DNA of 64,000 nt from NCBI GenBank assembly GCA_030704615.1, contig CM060732.1, positions 868,001-932,000 of the forward strand. The letters are read 5' to 3'. Numbering within the stretch: the first letter of the stretch is position 1; every line of letters starts with the position of its first letter. A model generated the notes under the pieces. The model made no database searches. It saw only the letters and a list, made by a program, of their open reading frames with translations, and had not been told where the DNA came from. This stretch comes from Takakia lepidozioides (Eukaryota > Plantae > Bryophyta). Position numbers and translations under genes: made by a program. This document shows, one piece after another, positions 36,952-50,577 of this stretch.

Positions 36952-39315
36952 ATTCTGGTTGGCCCTTCAACGTCTGTACAAGCCGAAAAATTGTCAGCAA
37001 GTACAAGCGCTGAGGACCCCTAAGGGTGCAGTGGTGACTTCAACGGCTGACATTGTCAACACCTTCGAAACCCACTACAGTACACTTGGCAGAAATTCTA
37101 GTTCTAGCAGCGAGGGGTTTTCTGAAGAATGGAATGACAGTAGAAAGAACTGTGTCTATGATTCAAGACAGCCCTGATGAACTGGAGTATATTTCAAAGG
37201 GTTATAACGCTCCCATTAGTTCCTCTGAGATTGCGGAAGCAATTCAGCATCTAAACGGATACAAAGCTGGTGGCCCTGATGGCATTGTCAATGAGCTTAT
37301 CAAGCATGGTGGTGACCCTATGATAGAGGCCCTTGTTCTTCTCTTTAACCTTATATGGAGGACTGAAATTACCCCCTTTCGCTGGTGGCAGGGGGTCATT
37401 GTCAATTTATATAAGAAAGGTGACAGAGAAGAGCCGGGTAACTATCGGGGCATCACGCTTCTTAATGCAGTTGGCAAGATATTCTGCAGAGTTATAAGTA
37501 CTCGTCTCGAGGTTGATCTGGAGTCCAGAGGTTGTTTCCATGAAGGCCAAGCTGGCTTTCGGCGAAACAGGGGCTGCGTGGATCATATCTTCACACTCAG
37601 CCAGATTATCCAGGGAAGGAAAAAAGAAGGGAAACCTACTTTTGTCTTTTTCCTGGATGTCAAAAAGGCCTATGACACTGTGTGGAGAGACGGTCTATGG
37701 CTCCGACTCTGGTCTTCCAGGATCAAGGGAAAAGATGTGGAGAGTGGTCCATAACTTGTATGCTCACACTAAAAGCTGTGTCACTGTAAATGGACAGAAG
37801 TCTAATTTCTTTGACATAGACCAAGGTGTAGCTCAAGGATGTACCCTCTCCCCTCTGCTCTTCAATGTTTTCATCAATCAACTACTGGAGGATGTGGAAA
37901 GTGAGGGATTTGGGTTAAGGGTGGGTGATGCCACCATACCAGCCCTTATGTTTGCGGATGACTTCGCAGGCATAGGGGAGACTCCTTCCAACCTCCAGGG
38001 GCTGATAGATTGCGCGAAGAGATACTTTGATCTTTGGGGGCTAGAGGCCAATGTCAGTAAATGCGCAGTGCTGGCATTCAACGACCGGGGGGAAGGAGGA
38101 GGCGATCTCAAGTGGCAGCGGGGAAGCCAAGAGATCCCTGTCCTCCCCTCCTACACCTATCTTGGCGTTGAGTTTTCCTCCAACTGTAATTGGGAAGCAC
38201 ATATTCAAAGAGTGGTTCAATCTGGCAAACGCAAAACGCTGGGTCTCACTAAATTTTTCCACTGCAGAGGGATCAACTCTGAAGTAAAAAAAACCATGCT
38301 TTGCCGCGTTATCAGGCTGGCCTTGGAGTATGCATCTGCTGTATGGGTTGATAACTCCAACCAGGCTAAGTCTCTTGAATCCATCCAAGTCGGGGTGCTC
38401 AAGGAGTGCATGTCAGCACGCTCCAAAACAGCTAATGTGGCTGTTCGGGGTGGGTTTGGCATTCCTCCCTTAAGCTCCCGACGCGATGAATTCAAAATCA
38501 GATGGTGGGGTCAGCTGCAACGTATGGCTAATACCAGATATCCTAAGTTAATCGACTCTATATCTTGGAAGCAGGACCGCCCTGTCAAACAGGCTAAATC
38601 CTGGCGGAAAAGGGTAGAAGAGATTTTCAAGGATCTGAATCTTAGTCCACTAGCCATGACCCTGCTGGATAAATCTGGCTTAGAAGCTGAAGTTTCCGAA
38701 GCCATGTCTATTGCCAGGAAATTGTCTGAAGAAAATGAAGTTAGGCAGAAAACTTCCCTGAACCTGTTTCCAGTCTGTGACATGGGTGAGGCCATCATGG
38801 ATGACCTCAAGGGTCTACCCACCCTCGGCACTAGACTGAAATTCAAACTCAGGGCGGGTAGCCTACCTTTGAACAACAAACAGTCGCAGAGAGGAAAGGG
38901 GGATTGTAAGTGCCCGTTGTGTGGGCAACCTGAAGACAATATTCACTTCCTGATTCATTGTCCTTGGTACTCTCACCAACGGGACACCCTCTTCAATTCC
39001 ATCAAGGAAATTGTGCCTGTACCTCTGTTTAACAATTTTGAGAATCTTGAGGCTGAGCCAAAAGCCCAGGCCCTTTTGGGGTCTAGCTATTGGGCAAATC
39101 ACACACATCAGATTGATGCTTGTGTGAAGGGATTTCTGGAGGATATCTGGAAATCTCGGATCAACTGTTTATTCCAAGGTAAATCATACTACCGGCATCA
39201 GCCCCTGACAAAGGTAGTTTCTGTCCCTTTATGTTTCATTCAAACTGGGCGCGGGGTCAATGGCCACAAGGCTACGGCAAACAATGTCTTATGAGTAGAA
39301 TCTCTCTCTCTCTCT
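36952..39315 (+). mobile_element. 5'-truncated LINE (RTE/RTEX-like) ORF2 with RT domain and one frameshift
   Basis: KAGGPDG, NYRGITLL, QAGFR, FLDVKKAYDTV, GVAQGCTLSPLLFN, FADD. Flanked by (CT)n at both ends. Confidence 0.92.
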
Positions 39316-39996
39316 CCATCTCTCCCTGTCCTCTAGGAAGGCTATTGCCATTGGGTGGACTTGATACGGGAGTACATAAATGTCACTGTGACTAAATGCC
39401 GGCCTTGTGACCCCGTGTCTTTGATTGTTTTGAGCTGAAGCTCTTTGCTTCAGGTAAGGTAGTGCATTAGATTTAGTTGGAGAGTTTGGGGCCTTTCCCT
39501 CTTTAGAATATGCCTACGCGGGCCATTCCCTGCAGCTCCCTGGAGTGTGATCTCTGAATGGTAACAAGCGGACCCCTACCGCTTGGAGGCAGCCCTTCCA
39601 CCCAAATTGGGCAGTCATATGCTCTGTCTAGCATACTCGGCACTTGGGCTAGGCTTGGTCCTTGTGCTTAAACTTATAGCCTGTGAATTCTACCAATACA
39701 TTACCTCTCATCAATAACAACACTCCCCAGGGTGACTCCTGGGAATTGGTTACTTATGCCAAATCTAGGGCTTCATGTGTAGTTTTTGGGGTGAATCCCA
39801 GGATGGACGATGTGTTACATGCTCCAGCTTAGGCTCGGATTATATGGCTAATGGATCCATCTCGAGACTTGATAACAGAGGTACTTTGAAGGTTGCAATG
39901 CCCAAATATGCTACTAATAGAGTCTCACATCAATTCAATCTCCAATAAGTTTGGCCCTTGACTGGCTGGAGAGCGGTCTTAGACATTGGTGATTAA

Positions 39997-42900
39997 ATGA
40001 GGCACTCTAGGAAGACTACCAAGGGCAGGGACTTCAACTTGAAAGTTTCTAACCGGTTTGATGCACTGGATGAGATTGATTCCAAGCAGCCAGACAGACA
40101 AACTGACCCTAAGTGTGCTGAGCCTGAGTGTCGTGTGACTGAAGGATTTGGTACTCTGAATGGTTTACCAATCCTTAAAGTCTACACAAAACGAGCAAAA
40201 TCTACACACGGGATAATTGTCCCCCCTTTGCAGAACAGTTGGCCGTCCAGGAGCAACCATAGGCTACCTAGACGACAAACAATTCATATGCAAAGGGCTG
40301 GCTTGCGGCTGGGCACTTTCAATTTCTCAGGGCTGACTAACCAAAGGAAACAACTCGAAGTGGGGCAAGTTCTTCGGACAAATGATATTCATATCTGTGC
40401 TGGGTAAGAGACATGGGAAACTCCGGACAAACTGGTTGGACATGGTTATAAATGGATCGGTAAGATGTGCGCTCTTAAGGCAGCCTCTGCCAAACGTGGT
40501 CAAAAAGGGGTTGGATTCTTTGTCCGTGATTTCTTGTGTGACAATTGTGAAATTATCAACAAGGGTTTGCGGTATGAGCACAGTATTTGGCTAAACTGAA
40601 ACTGAAGGGCGGCGTGAATACGAAGGACCTCTTTGTGGGTTGTGTTTACATGCCCACAGAGGGGACCCTTAGAGCTGACGCAGACAAAGCCTTCGAGATG
40701 TATAGCTGGACTGTGCTAAGTTCCTCGCCAAAGGTCAGGTGGTCTTATTGGGTGACATGGACGAAAATTTGTTTCCCCGTGCCAGTGTTGATCGACAGAA
40801 CAGATATTGGTACCTCTGACCACTTCCTGGTTTTGGAAAGGTCAAGGCGGAGTATGTCCAGGCCTTGCAAGAGGCTCTCCCTCATTTTGTCCCATCGCTC
40901 CAAAACCTTCAGTCTCGCTCTGGCAATACAAGAAATCAAGTCAAAAGAGCAGTGGATTCTTGGGAGAGTTTTGTCTCCTCTGTGGCTGACAAGATCATTG
41001 GGAGGAAACTAATTGTCTGCGGTACAGCTGTTGATTGGTGGACCAATGAGATTAAACTCAAGATAGCTGAGAGACAAGTCCTCTATAAAGAGTGCTGCAA
41101 TTTGAAAACCAACAAAGAATTGTGGGCTCAGTACTACCAGATCCGCAAAGATATCAATCAGCTTGTAAGGTCTCAGAAGAAATTATACTGGGACAAGCTA
41201 CACAGTGAAATAAACTCAAACCACCATGGTGGTACTGACAAGAGACTCTGGTTGGCCCTTCAACGTTTGTACCAGCCGAAAAACTGTCAGCAAGTACAAG
41301 CGCTGAGGACTACTAAGGGTGCAGTGGCGAGTTCAACGGTTGACATTGTCAAAACCTTTGAAACCCAGACAGTATCCTTGGCAGAATTTCTAGGTCTAAC
41401 AGTGAGGGGTCCTCTGATGAATGGAAGGACACAGTTGGAAAAACTGCTCCTATGATTCAAGACAGCTCTGATTGGAGTATATTTCAAAGGCTTACAACGC
41501 TCCCATTAGTTTTTCTGAGTTTGTGGAAGCAATTGAGCATTTAAACGGATATAAAGTTGGTGGACCTGATGGCATAGTCAATGAGCTTATCAAGCATGGT
41601 GGCGCTCCCATGATAGAGGCCCTTGTACTCCTCTTTGACCTTATCTGGAGGACTGAAATGATCCCCTTTCGCTGGCGACAGGGGGTCATTGTCAATCTAT
41701 ACAAGAAGGGTGACAGAGAAGAACTACCGAGGCATCACGCTCCTCAATGCAGTTGGCAAGATATTTTGCAGAATTATAAGTACTCGTCTCGAGGTTGATC
41801 TGGAATCTAGAGGTTGTTTCCACGAAGGCCAAGCTGCCTTTCCGCGAAACAGGGGCTGTGTGGATCATATCTTCACTCTAAGCCAGATTATCCAGGGAAG
41901 GAAAAAAGAAGGGAAACCCACTTTTGTTTCTTTCTTGGATGTCAAAAAGGCTTATGACACAGTGTGGAGAGACGGTCTCTGGCTCCGACTCTGGTCATGT
42001 GGGCTCAAGGGAAAGATGTGGAGAGTTGTCCATAACTTGTATGCTCACACCAAAAGCTGTGTCACTGTTAATGGACATAAGTCTAACTTCTATGACATAG
42101 ACCAAGGTGTAGCTCAAGGATGTACCCTCTCCCCTCCGCTCTTCAATGTTTTCATCAATCAACTCCTCGAGGATGTGGAAAGCGAGGGATTTGGGTTAAG
42201 GGTGGTGATGCCACCATACCAGCCCTTATGTTTGCGGATGACTTCGCAGGCATAGGGGAGACTCCTTCCAATCTCCAGGTGTTGATTGATTGCGCGAAGA
42301 GATACTTTGACCTTTGGGGGCTGGAGTGGGGAAGCCAAGAGATTCCGATCCTCCCTTCCTACACATACCTCGGCATTGAGTTTTCCTCCAACTGTAATTG
42401 GGATGCACATATTCAGAAGGTTGTTGAAACTGGCAAGCGCATAGCGCTGGGTCTCACTACTGCAGAGGGATCAACTCTGAGGTCAAGAAAACCATGCTTT
42501 GTCGCGTTATTAGACCTGCCTTTGAGTACACATCTGCAATATGGGTTGATAACTCCAACCAGGCTAAGTCTCTAGAATCCATTCAAGTGGGGGTGCTTAA
42601 GGAGTGCATGTCAGCATGCTCCAAAACAGCCAATGTGGCTGTTCGGAGTGAGTTTGGCATCCCTTCCTTAAACTCCCGACTAGATCATTTCAAGGTCAGG
42701 TGGTGGGGTCAGGTGCAACATATGTCCACAATCAGATATCCTAAGTTAATCGACTCTCTGTCTTGGAAACAGGATTGCCCTGTCAAACAGCCTAAGTCCT
42801 GGCGGAAGAGAGTAGAAGAGATTCTCAAGGATCTGAATCTTAGCCCGCAAGTCTTGAACCCGCTGGATAAATCTGACTTAGAGGCTGTAGTGTCCAAAGC

Positions 42901-43150
42901 CATGTCTGTCGCCAGGAAATTCTCTGATGAAAATGAAGTTAGGCAGAAAACTTCCCTGAACTTGTTTCCAGTCTGTGACATGGGGGAGGCCATCATGGAT
43001 GACCTCAAGGGTCTACCCACTCTCGGCACTAGACTGAAATTTAAACTCAGGACAGGAAGCCTACCTTTGAACAGCAAACAGAAGCAGAGAGGAAAGGGAG
43101 AGTGCAATTCCCCGTTGTGAGGGCAACCTGAAGACAATATTCATTTTCTG
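39997..43150 (+). mobile_element. Longer degenerate LINE copy with APE endonuclease and RT
   Basis: LRLGTFNFSGL...ICAG*ETW, GVGFFV, VGCVYMP, SDH (APE motifs, about 40300-40830), followed by RT motifs with frameshifts. Confidence 0.88.
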
Positions 43151-43154
43151 ATTT

Positions 43155-44650
43155 TAAAGCCGATGGGTGTGGTGGAATTGTAAACGATCTAATTAAGCAT
43201 GGTGGCGAGCCTGTGGTAGAGGCCCTTGCCCTCCTTTTTAGCCTTTTTGGAAGACTGAAATGACACCCTTCCATAAAAGAGAGGGTGTCATTGTCAATCT
43301 GTATGAGAAAGGCGACAGAGAATAGCCTGGGAACTACGGTGGCATTGAACTCTTAGCGCAGTTGGCAAGCTGTTTTGTAGGATAATAAGCACCCGTCTCG
43401 AGGTTGATTTGGAGTTTAGAAGAGTTTTCATTGAAAGTCAGGCGGGCTTCCAGAGAAATAGGGGCTGCGTCAACCATATCTTTACCCTAAGCCAGACTTT
43501 CCACAGAAGGAAAAAAGAAGAAAAACCCACCTTTGTCTTCTTCCTGGATGTAAAAAAACGCTTCTGGAAGGCATGACAGGCTGGGCTTAGTCTGTGGTCT
43601 TCTGGGGTCAGGGGAAAGATGTGGAGGATGATGGTTCACAACCTGTCTGCGAACACCAAAAGTTGTATTATGGTCAATGGGCAGAAGTCTAATTTCTTTG
43701 ACATTGACCAAGGTGTAGCTCAAGGTATAGTACCCTAAACCCTCTGCTCTTCAATGTTTTCATTGAATCAGCTCCTTGAAGATGCGGAAAGCGGGGTTAA
43801 AGGTGGGTAATGCCACCATACCAGTTCTCCTGTTTGTGGATGACTTCACAGGCTAAGGGGATACCCCATCCAATCTTCAGGAGTAGATGGACTGTGCAAA
43901 GAGGTACTTTGACCTGTGGAGGCTAGAAGCCAATGTTAGTAACTGCATCATGGTCACCTTCAATGATCGTGGGAGGGAGGAGGGGATCTCAAATGGTCAT
44001 GGGGCAGTGACGAGATCCCTGTGCTCCTTTCCTACACATATCTTGTTGAATTTTCCTCGAGTTGTAACTGGGATGCGCACATACAAAAAGTGGTTCAAGC
44101 AGCTAAACGCTAAGGTTTGGGTCTCATTCAATTTTCCCACTGCAGAGGGATTAGTACAAAATACCATGATTTGCAGCGTTAATAGGCCTACATTGGAGTA
44201 TACATCTGCCGTGTGGGAGGGTAACTGCAACGATGCTAAAAATTTAGAATCCATTCAGCTTTCAGTGCTCAAAGAGAGCATGTCAGCATGCTCTAGAAAC
44301 AGCTAACATGGCTGTTCGGGACGAGTTTGGCATACCTCTCACATGATGACACTTGAATTGCAACCCTATACCAGATACCTAAGATGATCGACTCTATTTC
44401 TTGGAAGCAAGACATCCTGTTAAACAGGCTAAGTCCTGGCAGAAAAAGGTAGAGGAGATTTTCAAGTACCTGAATATTATGCAGGAAGAACTGACCCTGC
44501 TAGATGAAGCTGACTTGGAGGCTTAAGTGTCTAAGGCCATGTCGGAAGCATGAAGAATATCCGAACAAAACAAAGTTAGGCACAAAACTTCCCTGAACTT
44601 CTTTCCAGTTTGTGATATGGGTGAGAACCTTTTGGATGACCTGAAAGTCC
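43155..44650 (+). mobile_element. Older, more decayed LINE copy of the same family
   Basis: Colinear nucleotide similarity to about 37270-38810, with many stops and indels. Confidence 0.8.
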
Positions 44651-44786
44651 AATAACCACAGCCTCAATGGCAAAATAATACGGTGCTGATATGGCTTGAA
44701 CCTCCACTTGTTTCAATTCAAAAATCATTGACTTTGTGCAGGATCACTTATACAAGAGTTTCAAAAAGACCACATGCTCAACACAC

Positions 44787-44998
44787 CTGTGTCTCAAAGA
44801 ACAGAATCGCTCTTGCGGCACTGTAAATAAGCTTGTAGAGGGCTGGCCTACTTGGTTAGTGAAACCACCCAAGCCATCCCTTTGTGCACCTTCACAGGCA
44901 ACCCTACTGACTTGCAAAGAGTTTGAGGGCAAGCTGTTCTTGCAGCATGCTTGATGCCTGATTAAAGCCTGACAAGAGATGCCTGGCTCTGTTGCCAT
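44787..44998 (-). CDS. Candidate first coding exon of the TPR gene (transit-peptide-like)
   Basis: ATG at 44998 gives MATEPGISCQALIRH...FCSLRHR with a phase-2 donor (CACAG|GTGTGT) compatible with the phase-2 acceptor at 36492. An AAACCCTA telo-box lies at about 45277. Confidence 0.45.
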
Positions 44999-46274
44999 AT
45001 TGCGCCACTGCTGAGCATGATTGCCCTCCCTGCACCCACACACATTATCAATCTCTCCTTCTCTTTCAGAATAAGATTTATTTATACTGGTTATGTCTCA
45101 GTATTCGAGTTAGCTTTCTGCACTGGCAGTGGCCCATTCTGCACTGCCTGCAGCTCCCTAATTTTGTGAACAGCCGTGCAGACACGAGGCTATGACAGGC
45201 AGAGTTCATATGGATGAACTCTCATCACCAATTCTTCAGGTCCAACATCCCAGCTTTAGTGCAGGAACATTAGCTAAACCCTAAACCCTATCGAAGCCAG
45301 AGCGAAGTACCAATCATACAGCATAAAAAACATTGAGAATTGTCCCCCCCACACGATGGACCAGCATGCATGCACTTCATGCAGTTCGAGGGACTTGCCA
45401 ATAATTCAACCCCACACAACTACCTCCACATATTCTAGTGCATGACTGTTGATGTCTGCACCTCAGATAACTTTCCAATTAATGGAAACGCCAGCTCCCC
45501 AAACAGGGTGAGCGAGTATCTTGACATTGCCAGGACATGGATGTTTGTTGACAGCTAGTTCCGCTACCCAAGAGAAAGCCTATGCTTCAAGGTGCACAAC
45601 AAAGCTTGCAAAGGTAAATAAACGCTAACAGTAAAGCCTCCAAAGACGCGTGGATAAATATTAACTCTCTTCATCGTCAGGCTCTCTATCTATCAGAAGA
45701 GACCAGGTGACGTTATACAGCCTCTACCGAGAGAACAATTCTGATTGACTCCAAATTCCCGCAGCCATGCCATATCTGTGCATATTTCATAGCCAACATA
45801 ATGAGGGTTTCGCTGGCTAAAGTGGGCGAAGTAGTGAGGATTCAGTGACCATCACTTAGCAGAGGTATGAGAACACATCCTGCGGGAAATTTTGGTGTAG
45901 ATCCCATATTCCAACAGCACCCACGAGATGAGGATACTGGATTTGAAAGGATAATGTCGTACCTGGTTTTGAAAGCAGCAAAGGATACCAAAGTATGGGT
46001 TTGGCACAGAAGTGCCTTAGCCATGGTGGCCACAGGCACCTCCACCTTTCCCTGTCACGCTGTCCACCTTGCCACAGCTCTTATACACAAATGTTTGCAA
46101 CGTGCACACTCGATTGTGCGTGCCCCCGAAACTCCTTGCGACGAGCGGAACAGCGGCGCATCGCCTTCCTGTGTCCAACGGTCTCTCTCTTTATCCGCAC
46201 GGGGGCAGGATATCCTTCGTGTCTTCCTCGCAGAGCAAATATCACACTTTCCCCTGGCTACATACTTTGCCAAC

Positions 46275-46346
46275 CTGCATGTAGCCCAGTGGTAATGGGC
46301 TCATACCACGTTGGATGTGGTTGTGGGTTCAAACCACGGTCTGGTG
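46275..46346 (+). other. tRNA-like sequence (pseudo-tRNA or SINE head)
   Basis: A-box/D-arm GCCC-AGTGGTAAT-GGGC and B-box/T-arm GTGG-GTTCAAA-CCAC; acceptor stem is poor. Confidence 0.4.
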
Positions 46347-46448
46347 TGTCATGAAGGTGTCCACCTTTCAGCTAGAAGGCAATAGCCCTTGCGGTGAAGA
46401 GACACCATAATTTACGCTCCCTTTGGGAGGCGTCTATATATATATATA

Positions 46449-49400
46449 CTAGGGTAGCTTGTGCCGTTGACCCAAGTGTCCAATGTCATCTAAGTCCAAG
46501 TGCATCAGTATATGAAGCAAGCCATATCTAATAAAAAAAAATTACACATAGCCTACGACCAGATTTGAACCAGAGACCTTTGCCTTGATATCTCTCCCGT
46601 CCAGGCTCCAACCATTGTCGCAGGAATGCCCACTTTGCTATTTTTGTTATTTTTTGTGAATTTCCAACGACCCAAAGTACTTGAAATTCCACATCTCCCA
46701 CACCGCGGGTCCAAAAATCATGAGACCAAGCCCGTGCACCCCTCCTCGTCGAGGGCTTTCCAACGGTACCAAGCACCAGGGTTGGGCCTGCGGTTTGGGA
46801 CATCTCAACGTAACAAAACAAACAAAACAAACGTCTCGCTTCATATATCGACTAGGGTAGCCTGTGCCGTTGGCCCAAGTGTCCAGTGTCATCTAAGTCC
46901 AAGTGCAATCCCCTATGTATCCAAGTGAGTCTCCTATGTTACGGCCCAAATGCGACCTCTAGGGTAGTCTGAACTGTTGACCCAAGTGTCAATGCTATTT
47001 AAGCCCAAGTGTAAGATCTTCTATGTATCCCAGTGCGTCTCCTACCAAGTGCGACCTCTAGGGTAGCATGTGCCTTTGGCCATGTGTGAAGAATTGAAAT
47101 GTAAGACCAAGTGCAATTTCCTATGTATCCAAGTGCGTCTCATATGTCGAGGCCCATCTAAGCCCAAGTGCATCTCCTATGTAGAGGCCCAAGTGTCTAG
47201 TGTCATCTAAACCCAAGTGCAATCTCCTATGTATCCAAGTACGTCTCTCATGTCAAGGCCCAATATATATTTTTTCCATGAATTTATTGAGTATATATCC
47301 AATCATTATTGACTTATCTCCGGTATCTAGGGTAGCCTGTGATGTTGGCCCAAGTGTCCAATGTCATCTAAGTCCAAGTGCATCAATATATGAAGCAAGC
47401 CACATCTAATCATTTTTTTTCCACAGAGCCTATGACCAGATGTGAACCGGAGACCTTTCCCTTGATATCTCTCATGTCGAGGCTCCAATCATTGTCCAGC
47501 GACCCAAAGTACTTGAAATTCATTTTAGCCATATCTCATCATTTTTTCCCACAGAGCCTACGACCATATTTGAACCGGAGACCTTTTCCTTGACATCTCT
47601 CCTATTGAGGCTCCAACCATTGTACACGAATGCCCACTTTGTTATTTTTTTTCGCGAATTTCCAACGACCCAAAGTACTTGAAATTCCACATCTCCCACA
47701 CCACAGGTCCAAAAATCATGAGACCAAGTCCGTGCACCCCTCCTCGTCGAGGGCTTTCCAACGATACCAAGCACCAGGGCTGGGGCCTCGCGGTTTGGGA
47801 CATCTCAACGTGACAAAACAAAACAAAACAAACGTCTCGCTTCATATATTGACTAGGGTAGTCTATGCCATTAAGTGTCCAATGTCATCTAAGTCCAAGT
47901 GCAATCCTCCCCGTATCCAAGTGCGTCTCCTATGTCGAGGCCCAAATGCGACCTCTAGGGTAGCATGTGCCGTGGGCCTAAGTGTCAAGTGTCATCTAAG
48001 TCCAAGTGTACGATCTTTTATGTATCCCAGTGCATCTCCTATGTCGAGGCCCAAGTGCAACCTCTAGGATAGCCTGTACCTTTGGCCCATGTGTAAAGAA
48101 TTGCAAATCTAAGACCAAGTGCAATTTCCTATGTATCCACTGCGTCTCCTATGTTGAGGCCCAAATGCGACCTCTAGTGTAGCCTATGCCGCTAGCCCAT
48201 GTGTGAAGAATTAAATCTAAGTCCACGTGCAATCTCCTATGTATCCAAGTGCATCTCCTATGTCGAGGCCCAAATGCAACCTCTAGGGTAGCTTGTGTCG
48301 TTGGCCCAAATGTCCAATGTCATTCTAAGTCATCGAAGTATAATCATTATTTCCCCACAGAACCTACTACCAGATTTGAACCGGAGACCTTTTCCTTGAT
48401 ATCTCTCTTGTCGAGGCTCCAACCATTGTCCATGAATGCCCACTTTGCTATTTTTCACGAATTTCTAGCGACCCAAAGTACTTGAAATTCGACATCTCGC
48501 ACACCGCAGGTCCAAAAAACATGAGACCAAGCCGGTGCACCCCTCCTCATCGAGGGCTTTCTAACGGGACCAAGCACCAGCGCTGGGCCCCGCTGTTTGG
48601 GACATCTCAACGCTACAAAACAAAACAAAACAAACAAACTGGCTTCCTTCATATATAGACTAGGGTAACCTGTGTCGTTGGCCCTAGTGTCCAGTGTCAT
48701 CTAAGTCCAAGTGCAATCCCCTATGTATCAAAGTGCATCTCTTATGTTGTCGAGGCCCAACTGCAACCTCTAGGGTAGCCTGTGCCGTTGGCCCAAGTGT
48801 CCAATGTCATCTAAGTCCAAGTGCAATCCCCTATGTTGGCCCAAGTGTCCAGTGTCATCTAAGTCCAAGTGCAATCCCCTATGTATCAAAGTGCGTCTAA
48901 TATGTCGAGGCCCAAATGCAACCTCTAGGGTAGCATTTGCCGTTGGCCCAAGTGTCCAATATTGTCATCTAAGTAAGTTTTTTTCCACAGAGCCTATGAC
49001 CAGATTTGAACCGGAGACCTTTCCCTTGATATCTCTCATGTCGAGGCTCCAACCATTGTCCCAGGAATGCCCACTTTGCCATTTTTGCTATTTTTTGTGA
49101 ATTTCCAGCGACCCAAAGTATTTGGAATTTCACATCTCCCACACCGCAGGTCCAAAAATCATGAGACCACCCCTCCTCATCGAGGGCTTTCCAACGGGAC
49201 CAAGCACCAGGGCTGGGGCCTTGCGGTTTGGGAGATCTCAACGTGACAAAACAAAACAAACAAACTAGCTTGCTTCATATATTGATAGGGTACCTTGTGT
49301 CGTTGGCCCAAGTGTCCAGTGTCATCCAAGTCCAAGTGCAATCCCTATGTATCCAAGTGCGTCTCTTATGTATCCAACTTGGGCGTCTCCCATGTGCGTT

Positions 49401-50577
49401 TCCTATGTCGAAACCCATTGTGCAATCTCTTATGTATCCAAGTGCGTCTCCTATGTCGAGGCCCAAATGTAACCTCTAGGGTAGCATGTGTCTTTGGCCC
49501 ATGTGTCCAATGTCATCTAAGTCCTCTAGGTCTAATCATTTTTTTCCCACATAGCCTATGATCAGATTTGAACCGGAGACCTTTCCCTTGATATCTCTCG
49601 TGTCGAGGCTCCAACCATTGTCCCAGGAATGCCCACTTTGCAATTTTTCGTGAATTTCCAGCAACCCAAAGTACTTGAAATTCCATATCTCCCACACCGT
49701 AGGTCCAAAAATCTCGTGAGACCAAGCCCGTGCACCCCTCCTCGTCGAGAGCTTTCCAACGGACCAAACACCAGCGCTGGGGCCTCGCGGTTTGGGACAT
49801 CTCAACGCTACAAAACGAAACGAAACGAAACAAACAAACAAACAAACGTCTCGCTTCATATATTGACTAGGGTAGCCTATGCTGTTGGCCCAAGTGTCCA
49901 ATGTTATCTATGTTCAAGTGCAATCCCATATGTATCGAGAGACCCCACTGTTTGGGAGATCTAGGGTAGCATGTGCCATTGGCCCAGGTGTGAAGAATTG
50001 AAATCTAAGCTCAAGTGCAATTTTCTATGTATCCCCTGTAAAGGCCCAAGTATGACCTCCAGTGTCCAATGTCATCTAAGTCCAAGTGCAATCCCAAAGC
50101 CCACTTTGTTATTTTTGCAATCTCCCCTGTCGAGGCTTCATATATTGATATATGCACTTTGCTATTTTTCACGATTTTCCAGCGACCAAAAGCACTTGAA
50201 ATTCCAAATCTCCCACATGAAGGGCCAATCATTGCTCCAGGAAAGCCCACTTTGCTATTTTTCACGAATTTCCAGCGACCCAAAGTACTTGAAATTCCGC
50301 GGGTCCAAAAATTATGAGACCAAGCCGGTGCACCCCTCCTTATCAAGGGCTTTCCAATGGTACCAAGCACCAAGGCTGGGCCCCCGCGGTTTGGGAGATC
50401 TCAACGACGCTACAAACAAAACAAAACAAATCAAACGTCTCGCTTCATATATTGACTAGGGTAGCCTGTGCCGTTGGCCCAAGTATCTAATGTCATCAGC
50501 TAAGTCCAAGTGCAATCCCTTATGTATCCAAGAGCGTCTCCTATGTTGAGGCCCGAGTGCAACCTCTAGGGTAGCCT
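46449..50577 (-). mobile_element. Tandem array of non-autonomous Helitron-like units with many reiterated 3' ends
   Basis: On the minus strand, units end ...GCCAACGGCACAGGCTACCCTAG. Head-to-tail CTAG|TC junctions at about 46852, 47853, 48660, 49867 and 50456. The outer end CTAG|T abuts (TA)n. Confidence 0.75.

Noticed and set aside
45867-46295. 142-aa plus-strand ORF
   Set aside because: No recognisable motif; more likely the 5' UTR or promoter region of the minus-strand TPR gene.
46528-50459. ORFs within the Helitron-like array
   Set aside because: Translations of non-coding repeat units; no Rep or helicase motifs.
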